Assembly (NCBI GenBank): GCA_039815565.1
Contig: JBCBZB010000001.1
Coordinates: 119,066-183,065, forward strand
Direction of reading: 5' to 3'
Length of the DNA stretch: 64,000 nt
Origin: Planctomycetota bacterium
GTDB taxonomy: Bacteria; Planctomycetota; UBA1135; UBA2386
In this document: piece by piece, positions 53,668 through 63,086 of the stretch
Position numbering within the stretch: the stretch's first letter is position 1
How the letters are laid out: each line of letters begins with the position of its first letter
Notes under the pieces: generated by a model
Seen by the model: the letters and a program-made list of their open reading frames with translations, nothing else
Database searches by the model: none
What the model was told of the DNA's origin: nothing
Program-made: the position numbers and the translations under genes

Positions 53668-55140
53668 ATGCTCTCTCGTTCTTTCGCTCTCGTGTGTCTT
53701 TCTGCGAGCGGTCTCTTCGCCCAGACGATCACCTACGAACCGCAATCCGAGGGGCCGCTCGTCGGTCTTCCGCATGCGATGTCCGTCGCTCCGGGAACCG
53801 AGGACGCCACGGGCCTCGTCGACGAGACCTTGCTGAAGGTGCGTGGGGTCGGGTTCGCTCCGGCGCCACCGTTCGAGGCGTCCCCGTTTTCGTCGGCTGA
53901 CCCCGACTACCGCGTGAGCGCGATCCTGCAGGGCATCAGCCCGCTGCCGGATGTCGATGCTTTCTCCGCGGGACTCGATTGGGTGCTGACCGATGGTGAT
54001 GGAGTCGCGGTGGTGCCACCCGGCAACTGGACGGCGATGTCGTTCTCGGTCACACCGGCGACGATGGGAGATCCGGGAACGGTGATTCGAGCCGAATCGA
54101 TGCGTGCGGATGGTGCCGCTGGAGACCTGTTCGGCTACGTGTACGAAGGCTCGGCGTTGCCGCCGCCCCTTGTTGATGTGTCACTGCGTTCGCAGGACAG
54201 CGGAGAGATCCAGATCGGTTCGGCGGCGGCGCCGTTGCCAGACGTCGATGCCCACGACTTGTTCGTGGACCTGGTCTGGCGCCTCAACCCGCAGATCGTT
54301 CCGTTCCTTCCGGTCTCGGTGCAGACGCCGCGTGCGTTCTTCTCGGTGAGTTCGGCGACCACCTCTCTGATTCCGTCCGGGTGGTGGGCCGGGACGACCC
54401 CTTCGGGGGCGACTGTGTTTTGCTCCGAATGGATCGGTTCCGCATGGACCGAACCACGCCCTCTGGTCGTGCCGTCCGATCTCGGACTCGGTATCGCTGA
54501 GGAGGTCGATGCGGTCGCGGTGGACTACTTCCGCAACGAGATGCTGTTCTCGACCAAGACCGCGGGAGATCCGCCGGTGCTCTGGACGACCGGTTTCGCA
54601 CATCCTTCGGCGCAGAAGTTCGGAATCATCGGCCTCACGGTCCGGCCGTTCCGCAAGCCGAGCAACGAGCCGCTGCCGAAGGGCCTCGGTGAGTTGACCG
54701 TCGATGACGTGGATGCGATCTGCACGCTCGATCCCGGCGGGTCCTTCCTGGACGTGATCCTCGGAACCCCTGACCAGTCGGCTCTGCCGCTCACGAACAC
54801 CGAGGTCAGCGTGTCGCTCTACAGCGTGTTCGATCAGGTATCGGGCACGGTTACCTACCACAGCTACGGTGTCGGCTGGCCGTTCCCAGGTCGCGGGCCA
54901 GGGGTGATCGCGGGGTTCGTCGCGCCGATCAACCCGATCAACTACGTGCCGATCACACCGGTCTTGCCGAACTTCAACCGGAACCCCCTGACTCCCCTCG
55001 GTGGGGATCCGCACGAGATCCAGTTGCCGCTACCGCCGGGCGTGTCCGGTCTCGGCTTGCCGGTCTATTTCTATTGGCTCTGTGCGGACGGCGGATTCCA
55101 GCAGTTCGGCCAGAGTTGGCCGGTTCGGATCTTCCTCTGA
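53668..55140 (+). CDS. Secreted protein, function unknown, with a C-terminal tail resembling that of the S8 peptidase
   Basis: Signal peptide MLSRSFALVCLSASGLFAQT. AAGAGG lies 8 nt before the ATG. The gene starts 24 nt after the kinase stop. The protein is beta-rich and ends ...IQLPLPPGVSGLGLPVYFYWLCADGGFQQFGQSWPVRIFL. Confidence 0.8.
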   Translation: MLSRSFALVCLSASGLFAQTITYEPQSEGPLVGLPHAMSVAPGTEDATGLVDETLLKVRGVGFAPAPPFEASPFSSADPDYRVSAILQGISPLPDVDAFSAGLDWVLTDGDGVAVVPPGNWTAMSFSVTPATMGDPGTVIRAESMRADGAAGDLFGYVYEGSALPPPLVDVSLRSQDSGEIQIGSAAAPLPDVDAHDLFVDLVWRLNPQIVPFLPVSVQTPRAFFSVSSATTSLIPSGWWAGTTPSGATVFCSEWIGSAWTEPRPLVVPSDLGLGIAEEVDAVAVDYFRNEMLFSTKTAGDPPVLWTTGFAHPSAQKFGIIGLTVRPFRKPSNEPLPKGLGELTVDDVDAICTLDPGGSFLDVILGTPDQSALPLTNTEVSVSLYSVFDQVSGTVTYHSYGVGWPFPGRGPGVIAGFVAPINPINYVPITPVLPNFNRNPLTPLGGDPHEIQLPLPPGVSGLGLPVYFYWLCADGGFQQFGQSWPVRIFL

Positions 55141-55262
55141 GCCTCGAGGCACGAGGTGTCGGTCCAACGGGTGGCGCGCGAACTGGGCGGTCGAAAGCTA
55201 AGATCAGACGGCACTCCTCCCGAGTCCGTTCTTAGCAGGCCTTCGCTGGTCGACGGAAGTCG

Positions 55263-55667
55263 ATGCGAGTCATGTCCGAGTCGCCCCGCTACCCCACGAT
55301 TCTGTTCGTTGAAGACGACGACTTGGTCCGAGGGCCGGTGTCGAGGCTGCTGTCCCGGAGCTGTGAACAGCTGATCGTCCGGGAGGATGGAGAGAGTGGC
55401 CTGGAGGCCGTCCTGACGGAGTCCTACGACTTCTTCGTCTGTGACCTCTGCCTCCCCAAGGTGACGGGGATCGAGCTCATTCAGGAGGCGCGTCTGCGTC
55501 TACGGGATGTTCCGATCCTGGTGGTTACCGGAATGCTCTCGGAGATCGATTCGTCGATGCTCGAGAGTTGCTCCGCCCGCGTTCTCAGCAAGCCCTTTGG
55601 AGTCGAGGAGCTCCAGAACGGGATGCGAGAGGCGAGTGCGCTGGTCGCTTCTTCGACACCGAGCTGA
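55263..55667 (+). CDS. Single-domain response regulator (CheY-like receiver)
   Basis: TILFVEDDD acidic pocket, phospho-acceptor FFVCDLCLPKVTG, VVTG and LSKPF. No output domain. Confidence 0.85.
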   Translation: MRVMSESPRYPTILFVEDDDLVRGPVSRLLSRSCEQLIVREDGESGLEAVLTESYDFFVCDLCLPKVTGIELIQEARLRLRDVPILVVTGMLSEIDSSMLESCSARVLSKPFGVEELQNGMREASALVASSTPS

Positions 55668-55753
55668 CCGTGGATCGGGCGAGGCCTGAAGGCGTTGCTG
55701 CGATACAGTGAGCGTTGGAGTCGGAAGGTCCGGCTCCCGGCCCAAGCGAGCCC

Positions 55754-56371
55754 ATGACGGAACCAATCACGAACCTGGTCGGGTCGTCTGCGATCCCGAA
55801 GTCCCTCGACGTGGCCCCGGGTGACCACGTCATCGCGATCGTTACCGAAGCGGCGGACGTCGAGTTGTTGGTTCCGTTCTTCGGTTCGTCGCTCGGTCAC
55901 CACGCCTGCTCGGTCGTGGCCGCAGAGACTCACCGAGACGACTGCGCGCACGCACTGCGGAACTCGGGGGTCCACGATGAGCAGTTCCCCAACTTCGATG
56001 ACCCGCGAGCTGATGGCTGTGGGCCTGACGGTGTCTTTGACCCCGATCGATTCATGAACTCGCTGCGGACTCGGAACAAGAGCTGGATTGCGAATGGCGC
56101 GAAGCGCGTCTTTCGTGCCGGCTTGATGCGTTGGATGGAGGAGCTGCAGGTTCCGGCAGACGACCGGGTCTATCTGGAGGCGCAGTTCAACACGACCATC
56201 GAGGGGTCGTGTGCGTCCGGGCTCTGCATTTACGATGCTCGGGTAGTCGGGGCGGACATGCTGCTTCGGCTGATCCGGACCCACCCCAAGATCGTCGTCG
56301 ATGGTGCCGTGACCGCGAACCCGCTCTACGAACCGCCGGAGTCTGTCCTGCGCTCTCTCGGTCGCGCCTGA
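55754..56371 (+). CDS. MEDS-domain protein (DcmR-like sensory domain)
   Basis: PGDHVIAIVTEAADVELLVPFFGSSL at the N-terminus. The C-terminus LIRTHPKIVVDGAVTANPLYEPPES is typical of MEDS domains. Start ATG 55754 (the track uses an upstream alternative start at 55715). Confidence 0.65.
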   Translation: MTEPITNLVGSSAIPKSLDVAPGDHVIAIVTEAADVELLVPFFGSSLGHHACSVVAAETHRDDCAHALRNSGVHDEQFPNFDDPRADGCGPDGVFDPDRFMNSLRTRNKSWIANGAKRVFRAGLMRWMEELQVPADDRVYLEAQFNTTIEGSCASGLCIYDARVVGADMLLRLIRTHPKIVVDGAVTANPLYEPPESVLRSLGRA

Positions 56372-57369
56372 TGTCTACGGAAGGCGAGCAACTCGAGCCC
56401 GGTCCGCAGGCTAGACGCAAGGCCGTCGAGTCCGCTCGGATGGAATCGACGATCCGGCAGCTCTCGGCCCTCGCGACCGGGCAGCTCGAGCCGGACATCG
56501 GGCGGGACTTCGACGAGGATCCGCTCGTTCGATTGATCGAGTCGATTCGTGAATGCTGGCTCGAAGAGCGGCGAGGAGCTCTCCGACAGGCGCTGGTCGC
56601 TGTCGAGCAGATCTCTGACTCGTTCCAGCGCGAGAAGGAGCGGACGCTCGAGCTCGAAGCCGCGCAGGACCAACTCGTTCAGGCGACCAAGCTCGCGTCT
56701 CTTGGAACTCTCGCTGCGGGAATCGCGCACGAACTCAATCAGCCGCTGACCGCGATTCTCGCCCTGATCGATCTGGTCAACGACGACCCGGGGGCCAGAG
56801 TCGGCGACAAGGCAGGGGATCTCCAGCGTGTCCGAGAGGCTGCGGAGCGCCTCGCTCACATCGTCGGTGGCATTCGGAGCTTCGGTCGGCAAGACGTCTT
56901 CCAGACTCGGGCATTCGATCCGACCCTACCGACCGAGAAGGCGGTCGAGCTGGCCCGTCGGTCGTTCGAGCTCGATCGAGTGCGGGTCCGTTGCGACCTC
57001 GAAGCGGATGTGGGCACCTGCGTTCTCGGCGATCCAGGGCAACTCCAGCAAGTCGTTCTGAATCTGCTCACAAACGCGCGCGATGCGGTGCGCGGATGTG
57101 CCGAACCAGAGGTTCGATTGTGTTCGAGGATCGACGGGAAGTCGTGCCTGATCGACGTGAGCGACAACGGACCGGGGATCGACGAGCACGCGCTAGCCCG
57201 CATCTTCGATCCGTTCTTCACGACGAAGCAGGCCGGTGAGGGAACCGGGCTCGGCCTGTCGGTGTCTCATTCGATCGTCGAGCGTCACAACGGCGAGATC
57301 GAGCACCTGAGGGATAAGGGTTGGACCCGGTTCCGGATCCGGCTCCCATGCGTTGGGCCCGATCGCTGA
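56371..57369 (+). CDS. Cytoplasmic sensor histidine kinase (HisKA + HATPase_c, no TM segment)
   Basis: Start ATG 56371 overlaps the MEDS stop by 1 nt. Coiled coil, then H-box LAAGIAHELNQPLTAI. N-box LLTNARDA. G-boxes VSDNGPGI and GTGLGLSVSHSIVERHNG. Confidence 0.9.
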   Translation: MSTEGEQLEPGPQARRKAVESARMESTIRQLSALATGQLEPDIGRDFDEDPLVRLIESIRECWLEERRGALRQALVAVEQISDSFQREKERTLELEAAQDQLVQATKLASLGTLAAGIAHELNQPLTAILALIDLVNDDPGARVGDKAGDLQRVREAAERLAHIVGGIRSFGRQDVFQTRAFDPTLPTEKAVELARRSFELDRVRVRCDLEADVGTCVLGDPGQLQQVVLNLLTNARDAVRGCAEPEVRLCSRIDGKSCLIDVSDNGPGIDEHALARIFDPFFTTKQAGEGTGLGLSVSHSIVERHNGEIEHLRDKGWTRFRIRLPCVGPDR

Positions 57370-57411
57370 GCCTGCGCCGGATCTCTCTGAGATTCCCTCG
57401 ACCGACTGAGC

Positions 57412-57906
57412 ATGCATTTCCCACCACCTGATGTCGTTCGAGTCGAGGCCTTCACGGTTCTCGGACTCAGCGTCCGTACCGATCATGCTCTCGAGTCCGA
57501 TCCGGAGCAGGCGAGGATCGCGAACCTCTGGGGACGGGTCGTGAGCGGCGGTCTCGGCGCCCTGATGGATCCGGCTCATCCGGCGCCGATGTTCGGCGTC
57601 TACCACGACTACGCTTCGGATCACCTGGGGCCCTACTCGTTGACTGCCGGAGTCGAAGCGGCAGGCGGAGTCACTGTCCCGGATGGAATCGAGTCCGTAT
57701 CGATTCCCGCAGGCAACTACCTGCGATGGACCTCGGAGACTTCGGTTCCTCCGGAGCAGTACGGCATGGTTCTGCCCGCGATGTGGAACACGATCCTGGA
57801 GTTCTTTCACGAGGAGGGTCGTCCACACCGCGCTTTTGGTCGCGACTTCGAGCGCTTCGAACTCGACGGTGTCGTCACGATCCAGGTCGGCCTCCGAGCC
57901 GACTGA
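57412..57906 (+). CDS. GyrI-like / Cass2-type small-molecule-binding domain protein
   Basis: The 164-aa pattern FTVLGLSVRT...IANLWGRV...FGVYHDYASD...IPAGNYLRW...FERFEL is typical of AraC-effector-binding (GyrI-like) domains. Confidence 0.6.
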   Translation: MHFPPPDVVRVEAFTVLGLSVRTDHALESDPEQARIANLWGRVVSGGLGALMDPAHPAPMFGVYHDYASDHLGPYSLTAGVEAAGGVTVPDGIESVSIPAGNYLRWTSETSVPPEQYGMVLPAMWNTILEFFHEEGRPHRAFGRDFERFELDGVVTIQVGLRAD

Positions 57907-57909
57907 CAC

Positions 57910-58407
57910 TCACTTCCGAGCGCCGAGTTGCTGGAGCGCTTCGCCCTCGAGTCGGCAGGTGCGCCAGTCGTCGAGCACTCTGGCTCCGAGCGCCCGGTAG
58001 AAGCCGATCGCGGATTCGTTCCAATCGAGCACCGACCAGTCGAACCGGCGATAGTTGCGGTCTACGGCTACCTGCGCGAGGTGCGTGAGAAGGGCGCGGC
58101 CGATGCCGAGGCCCCGCGCCGATTCACGGACAAACAGGTCCTCGAGATAGAGCCCCGGCGCGGTCTCGAAGGTCGAGTAGTTCGTGAAGAACAACGCGAA
58201 ACCGATCGGTTCCCTGGCGTCGCTGTCGTGCTTCTCGGCGATCACCGCTTCGCACACCGGGTGGGCGCCGAAGAGGTGGTCGCGGAGCCGATCGATGTCG
58301 GGGTGGGCCTCGTGACCGAGACGTTCGTATTCGGCGAGCTCGAGAATGAAGTCGCGAATCAGCGACTCGTCACCGGGACGTGCCTCTCGGATCGAGGATT
58401 GGGGCAT
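57910..58407 (-). CDS. GNAT N-acetyltransferase (diamine/polyamine acetyltransferase-like)
   Basis: IREARPGDESLIRDFILELAEYE. Motif A LEDLFVRESARGLGIGRALL. FYRALGA. Start ATG 58407. Confidence 0.85.
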   Translation of the reverse strand: MPQSSIREARPGDESLIRDFILELAEYERLGHEAHPDIDRLRDHLFGAHPVCEAVIAEKHDSDAREPIGFALFFTNYSTFETAPGLYLEDLFVRESARGLGIGRALLTHLAQVAVDRNYRRFDWSVLDWNESAIGFYRALGARVLDDWRTCRLEGEALQQLGARK

Positions 58408-58523
58408 GTCCAGAGCTTCGCCGAAGGCCAAGAGCAACGCACGTGAGCAGGCCGTGCAAGCGGCATCGAAGCTCGTAGAGTGGTGGCCATGGCCGTAGCA
58501 GTCGAACCGGGAGTCTCGCTCGC

Positions 58524-59276
58524 GTGATCGAGTTCCGGTCTGTCCAAAAGACCTTCACTGGGCCGAACGGTGAGTCGATCCACGCGGTTCGTGATCTCGA
58601 CCTGACGATCGAGGCGGGTGAGGTGCACTGTCTGATCGGGACCAGCGGCTGTGGGAAGACCACTACGCTGCGGTTGATCAATCGCCTCGAGGAACCGACT
58701 GCGGGTGAAGTCCGGGTCGGTGGGAAGGATGCAGCCGAGCTCGATGTGATCCAGCTTCGACGGAGTGTCGGCTACGTGATCCAGTCCGGCGGGTTGTTCC
58801 CGCACTGGACCGTGAAGCGAAACATCGGGGTGTTGTGCGAGCTCGAGGGCTGGGATCGCGATCGGCAAGAGGGTCGAGTCGCTGACTTGGGTGAGGTCGT
58901 CGGTTTGCCGATTGGGCAGTTCGGAGATCGGTATCCGGCCGAGCTTTCGGGTGGTCAGCGGCAGCGGGTCGGGGTCGCCCGCGCCTTGGCTCTCGATCCC
59001 GACTATCTGCTGATGGACGAACCGTTCGGGGCCCTCGACCCGATCACGCGGTCGCAGATCCATCGCGAGTTCCAGGCGTTGTTTCGAAGTGTCGGCAAGA
59101 CGGTGGTCTTGGTGACCCACGACCTGAACGAGGCGTTCCTGCTCAGCGATCGGATCTCGGTGATGGATCGGGGTGAGGTTGTGCAGACCGGTTCGGCGGA
59201 CGAGCTCCGGTCGAAGCCCGCCAACGAGTTCATCGCCGAGTTCGTGCGAAACCAGACTCCGGAGGCTCTTCGATGA
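58524..59276 (+). CDS. ABC transporter ATP-binding protein (osmoprotectant/quaternary-amine uptake type, no CBS domains)
   Basis: Walker A GTSGCGKTT, signature LSGGQRQRVGVARA, Walker B LLMDEPFGALD. Starts with GTG (MIEFRSVQKTF). Confidence 0.9.
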   Translation: MIEFRSVQKTFTGPNGESIHAVRDLDLTIEAGEVHCLIGTSGCGKTTTLRLINRLEEPTAGEVRVGGKDAAELDVIQLRRSVGYVIQSGGLFPHWTVKRNIGVLCELEGWDRDRQEGRVADLGEVVGLPIGQFGDRYPAELSGGQRQRVGVARALALDPDYLLMDEPFGALDPITRSQIHREFQALFRSVGKTVVLVTHDLNEAFLLSDRISVMDRGEVVQTGSADELRSKPANEFIAEFVRNQTPEALR

Positions 59277-60868
59277 GGCTTCTGATCGTCGGGCTGATCA
59301 CGTTCCTCGCGGTTGGACGTCTCCCAGCTCAGTCGGACCCGATCGTGGTCGGGTCCAAGAACTTCACCGAGTCTGCGATCCTCGGCGAGATTCTCGCCCA
59401 GTGGATCGAGTCGGAAACCGATCTCGCAGTTCGCCGCAAACTGAACCTCGGTGGCACGCTGATCTGCTGGGAGGCTCTCCAGAAGGGCGAGATCGATCTC
59501 TACGTCGACTACACCGGCACGGCGTGGTCCGCGATGCTCGGTCGCGAGGAGCCGATCGTCCATCCGGGTCAGGTCTACCTCGACGTCGTCCGATCGCTCC
59601 GCGAACAGCACGACGTCCGATGGCTCGAGCCACTGGGGCTGAACAACACCTATGCGTTGGCGATGGTCGAGTCGCGGGCCGAAGAACTCGGTATCCGGAC
59701 GATCTCCGATCTCGCCGAGCAGGCCTCGCAGCTCGAGGGCGGGTTCAGCATCGAGTTCACAGAGCGGCCGGATGGACTACCCGGTCTGCTCGATGTCTAC
59801 GGTCTCGATCTCTCCGAGGCTCGACCGATCGAGCACGCCTTGGCCTACGAAGCCCTACTCGACGGCTCGATCGACGTCATGGACGTCTATTCGACCGACG
59901 GCAAGTTGCGTCGATTCGACCTGCGTGTACTTGAGGACGATCGCTCGTTCTTCCCGCCGTACGAGGCTTCGGCGCTCGTGAACGGCCAGACCGCACGAGA
60001 CCATCCACAGCTCCAAGGCGTGCTCTCGGAGCTGGCGTTCCGGATCCCGGACGAGACGGCCCGATCCCTGAATTTCTTGGTCGAGTCCGAAGGTGACTTG
60101 GTCAGGGATGTCGCTCGTGCGTTCTTGGAGATCGAAGGCTTGGTCGAGGAGAGCTCCGAGATCGCGGAGGTGAGGTCGCGCCTTCGGGATCTGATCGCCG
60201 GACGCGGACCGACGAGCGCTGAGTCGGGTCGGCGTTCGAGCTTCTTCGGACTCCTGTCTCAGAGTTGGCGGGATCTCATGGTCCTGACTGGCGAGCACTT
60301 GCTTCTGACTCTCCTCGCCGTGTTGTTCGCCGCACTGGTCGCGGTGCCGCTCGGTATCTTGATCCTCGAGAGACCGTACCTGCGCGAGTTGATCCTCGGA
60401 GCGGCGGGGGTCGTGCAGACGATCCCGAGCCTGGCGCTGCTCGCGTTCATGATCCCGCTGTTCGGCCTCGATCCAGTTTCTGCGGTCGCAGCGCTGTTCC
60501 TCTACGCGATGCTGCCGATCCTACGGAACACCTACACCGGCATCGTCGAAGTCGACCCCGACCTCATCGACGCAGCGCGAGGGATGGGCATGCGACCCCG
60601 GGAGATCCTGGTCCGCGTTCAGCTACCGCTTGCATCCCGCACGATCCTCGCTGGCGTCCGGACCTCGGCGGTCATCAGCATCGGTGTCGCGACGTTGGCG
60701 GCGTTCATCGGGGCTGGAGGACTCGGCGAACCGATCGTGAACGGTCTCTACCTGAACGACACGAACCTCATCTTGCTCGGTGCGATCCCGGCAGCTCTGC
60801 TCGCCGTCCTGGCAGACCGCGGTCTCGCATCTCTCGAGACCGTGGTCCTGCCGCGCGGCGTGAGCTGA
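59273..60868 (+). CDS. Fused substrate-binding domain (glycine-betaine/choline type) + ABC permease
   Basis: The N-terminal half is SBP-like (IVVGSKNFTESAILGEILAQWIE, GEIDLYVDYTGTAW). The C-terminal half is a BPD-type permease (VVQTIPSLALLAFMIPLFGL, EAA-loop region DAARGMGMRPREIL). Confidence 0.85.
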   Translation: MRLLIVGLITFLAVGRLPAQSDPIVVGSKNFTESAILGEILAQWIESETDLAVRRKLNLGGTLICWEALQKGEIDLYVDYTGTAWSAMLGREEPIVHPGQVYLDVVRSLREQHDVRWLEPLGLNNTYALAMVESRAEELGIRTISDLAEQASQLEGGFSIEFTERPDGLPGLLDVYGLDLSEARPIEHALAYEALLDGSIDVMDVYSTDGKLRRFDLRVLEDDRSFFPPYEASALVNGQTARDHPQLQGVLSELAFRIPDETARSLNFLVESEGDLVRDVARAFLEIEGLVEESSEIAEVRSRLRDLIAGRGPTSAESGRRSSFFGLLSQSWRDLMVLTGEHLLLTLLAVLFAALVAVPLGILILERPYLRELILGAAGVVQTIPSLALLAFMIPLFGLDPVSAVAALFLYAMLPILRNTYTGIVEVDPDLIDAARGMGMRPREILVRVQLPLASRTILAGVRTSAVISIGVATLAAFIGAGGLGEPIVNGLYLNDTNLILLGAIPAALLAVLADRGLASLETVVLPRGVS

Positions 60869-60879
60869 GCGGTCTCAGC
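60864..60879. repeat. Inverted repeat enclosing both stop codons of a convergent gene pair
   Basis: GCTGAG-cggt-CTCAGC. TGA is at 60866-60868 and TCA at 60875-60877. Confidence 0.85.
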
Positions 60880-62614
60880 GAGGATCGACGACGAATCGGC
60901 TCACGACCTGCGGTTGGCGATCGCGCACAGTCGGGTCGTTCTCGATCTCGTCCTGGGTGTAGGGCTCGATGCCGTAGGTGGTCACCGTGAGGCGACCGTC
61001 GGTCGCGGAGATGTCGAACTCGGTCCAACCGTAGGTCTGAGTGGCGACGTAGCTGCCTTCGAGCAGAGTTGCGTTGACGGCCTTCGGACCCGCGTTCTGG
61101 ACGTCCAGCCCCAGCGGGGGGTAGCCGAACGGGCCGATCGTCGCATCGATGAGACCAGTGAGGATCTGATCTCGGATCGCCGGCGGCGAGGCGAGGTATG
61201 CCTGCTGTGTCGCAGCGTCGATCAGGCCGAGGGCCGAAGCGATTCCGAACAGGGATGGACCGAACGGAGCGTCGAAGGCGACGGACCCCGTCACGATCTC
61301 GAACGACGCGACCGGCGTCGGCGGGTTCAGCGGGTTGGTTTGGTAGGTCAGGTTGTTGACCAGCGTTCCGTGCAGGTCCGCGCAGATGAACACCACGTTC
61401 TCGATCTGGTGAGTATCGATGAACGCCAGGATCTGAGTCCGTTCCGCCGCGTAACCCTCGAATCGATCCGAGGCTGCCAGCGGGCCGAGGTTCTGGATCG
61501 GTTCCGGCACCAGGACGAACTTCCAGAGAACGCCGTCTTGATGTGCTTAGAGCAGGTCGTTCAGGAGGCGGTTGAGCTGGGGCTGGCCCAGCATCGTGCG
61601 CGTGGGATCAAACGACTGCGCGAGGAAGGTCTGCACCTGTACCGGGTCCGTCGGATCCGTGACCGCCGGGAGCAGTTGGTCGCGGAACGAACGAGCGTCG
61701 AGCACGAAGATCGCTGCGTCATCTCCCGAGCGGTGGGTTCGATACAGGTCCGGGCGGCCATCGACTCGCGCATCTCCGGTTCCACCGTACTTTCGTGTGC
61801 GGGACGGATGGAACAGTTCGAAGGCTTCGATGCCGTTCCGATAGAGCTCGGTTTCGTTGATGAAGGTCTCGGTGGTTGCCGCGAAGCGCGGGTCCGAACT
61901 CGGGGCCGCCCCGCCGGCGAAGTCGTTCGTGACTTCGTGGTCGTCGATCATCGCGAGCCACGCGACCCGAGATCGGAGCTCCGCGAGCGTGTTGAGGCCC
62001 TGGCGATCGGCGTAGACCTCTTCGTTCTTCGCGAGAAAGTCTCCGAACGTGGTGGCCTGAGCGAGCGGGACGTTCGGGGACGGGAAGTCTGCGTAGATCG
62101 TGTCGCCGAGTTCGACGAACAGCTCGAGATCTCGGTCCACCGCGTTGCGGACCGAAGGGTAGGGAGCGAGTTCGCCTCGTTGGTCTCCGGTCACACCGAA
62201 CCGGAATCCCTTGCGCTGGCCCGGAGCCTGCGAGGTCTGGAACGTGCCCTCCGACACGTTGCGGAAGCCGTTGAAGACACGGTAGTGGTACTGCGTTCCC
62301 GGACGAAGGTGGGTGAACTCCGCCTTGAGTGGGATGCGGGCATCGCGAACGAAGCCGACACGGGTGCGCGAACGGCGGAAGTTCGCATGGCGCGAAACCT
62401 GGAAGAACACGAATCCGAAGCGTTGCGGGCGAGCCCAGACAACAGCCGATCGATCCGTGACGTCACCCGCTGCAACTCGGTTGGGGAGCGGGTTCGAGTG
62501 AGTGGAGGTCGGGGTGGTGCCGAGCGCGTTCGCGGCCTTCGACTTCGCCGAGGAGGCGAGTCCGAAGACCGAGCCGATTGCGCCCAGAGTCATCGAGCGG
62601 CGAGAGAGTTTCAT
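60875..62614 (-). pseudogene. phoD: PhoD-family alkaline phosphatase/phosphodiesterase interrupted by a single in-frame TAA (61547-61549)
   Basis: Tat signal MKLSRRSMTLGAIGSVFGLASSA. AAGDVT, DTIYAD and IDDHEVTNDF. The sequence reads ...LGQPQLNRLLNDLL-TAA-AHQDGVLWKFVLVPEPIQNLG... in one continuous frame. The track's second ORF (60875..61510) is simply the continuation, starting at an internal GTG. Confidence 0.8.
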
Positions 62615-62669
62615 CGCCGCGAGCCTAGGAGCATTCGTCAGGCTCGGATGAAGGCTGTGTGTGGACTCC

Positions 62670-63050
62670 TCACGATGGCGGGCCCGGGAGATACCCAAAC
62701 ACCTCCCGCATCGCGTCCGCTGGGCCGAATTCTGAACCGCGCTCCTGCAGCGTCAGTGCGACCCGGCCGAAGACCCCGAAGGCCACTGGCAGGATCTTCG
62801 GCGCCTGGTTTTGTGCCCACTCGCGCACGCGGTCGACGCCTTCGGTCGCGCTCGCGAGGTCGGGGTCGTCGTCGAGCTCGAGTGCGAGGGAAACGGTCCG
62901 AGCGAACTCTTCACTGACCCACTCCTTGTCCTTCGCCTTGTCGCTGTGCTCGATCAATCGCGCGATCATCGCAGTCAGGACGTTCTGCTGGCGGGCGTCG
63001 AAGTCGGCGATCGTCGCACGCAGTTCGGTTTCGGTCGGGAGTTCTGCCAC
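62670..63050 (-). CDS. Hypothetical acidic helical protein (126 aa)
   Basis: MAELPTETELRATIADFDARQQNVLTAMIARLIEHSDKAKDKEWVSEEFARTV... Starts with GTG and has high GC3. Confidence 0.55.
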   Translation of the reverse strand: MAELPTETELRATIADFDARQQNVLTAMIARLIEHSDKAKDKEWVSEEFARTVSLALELDDDPDLASATEGVDRVREWAQNQAPKILPVAFGVFGRVALTLQERGSEFGPADAMREVFGYLPGPPS

Positions 63051-63086
63051 TTCGCTCGCAACGTTAGCCGGTGGCCGAAGCGCCGT

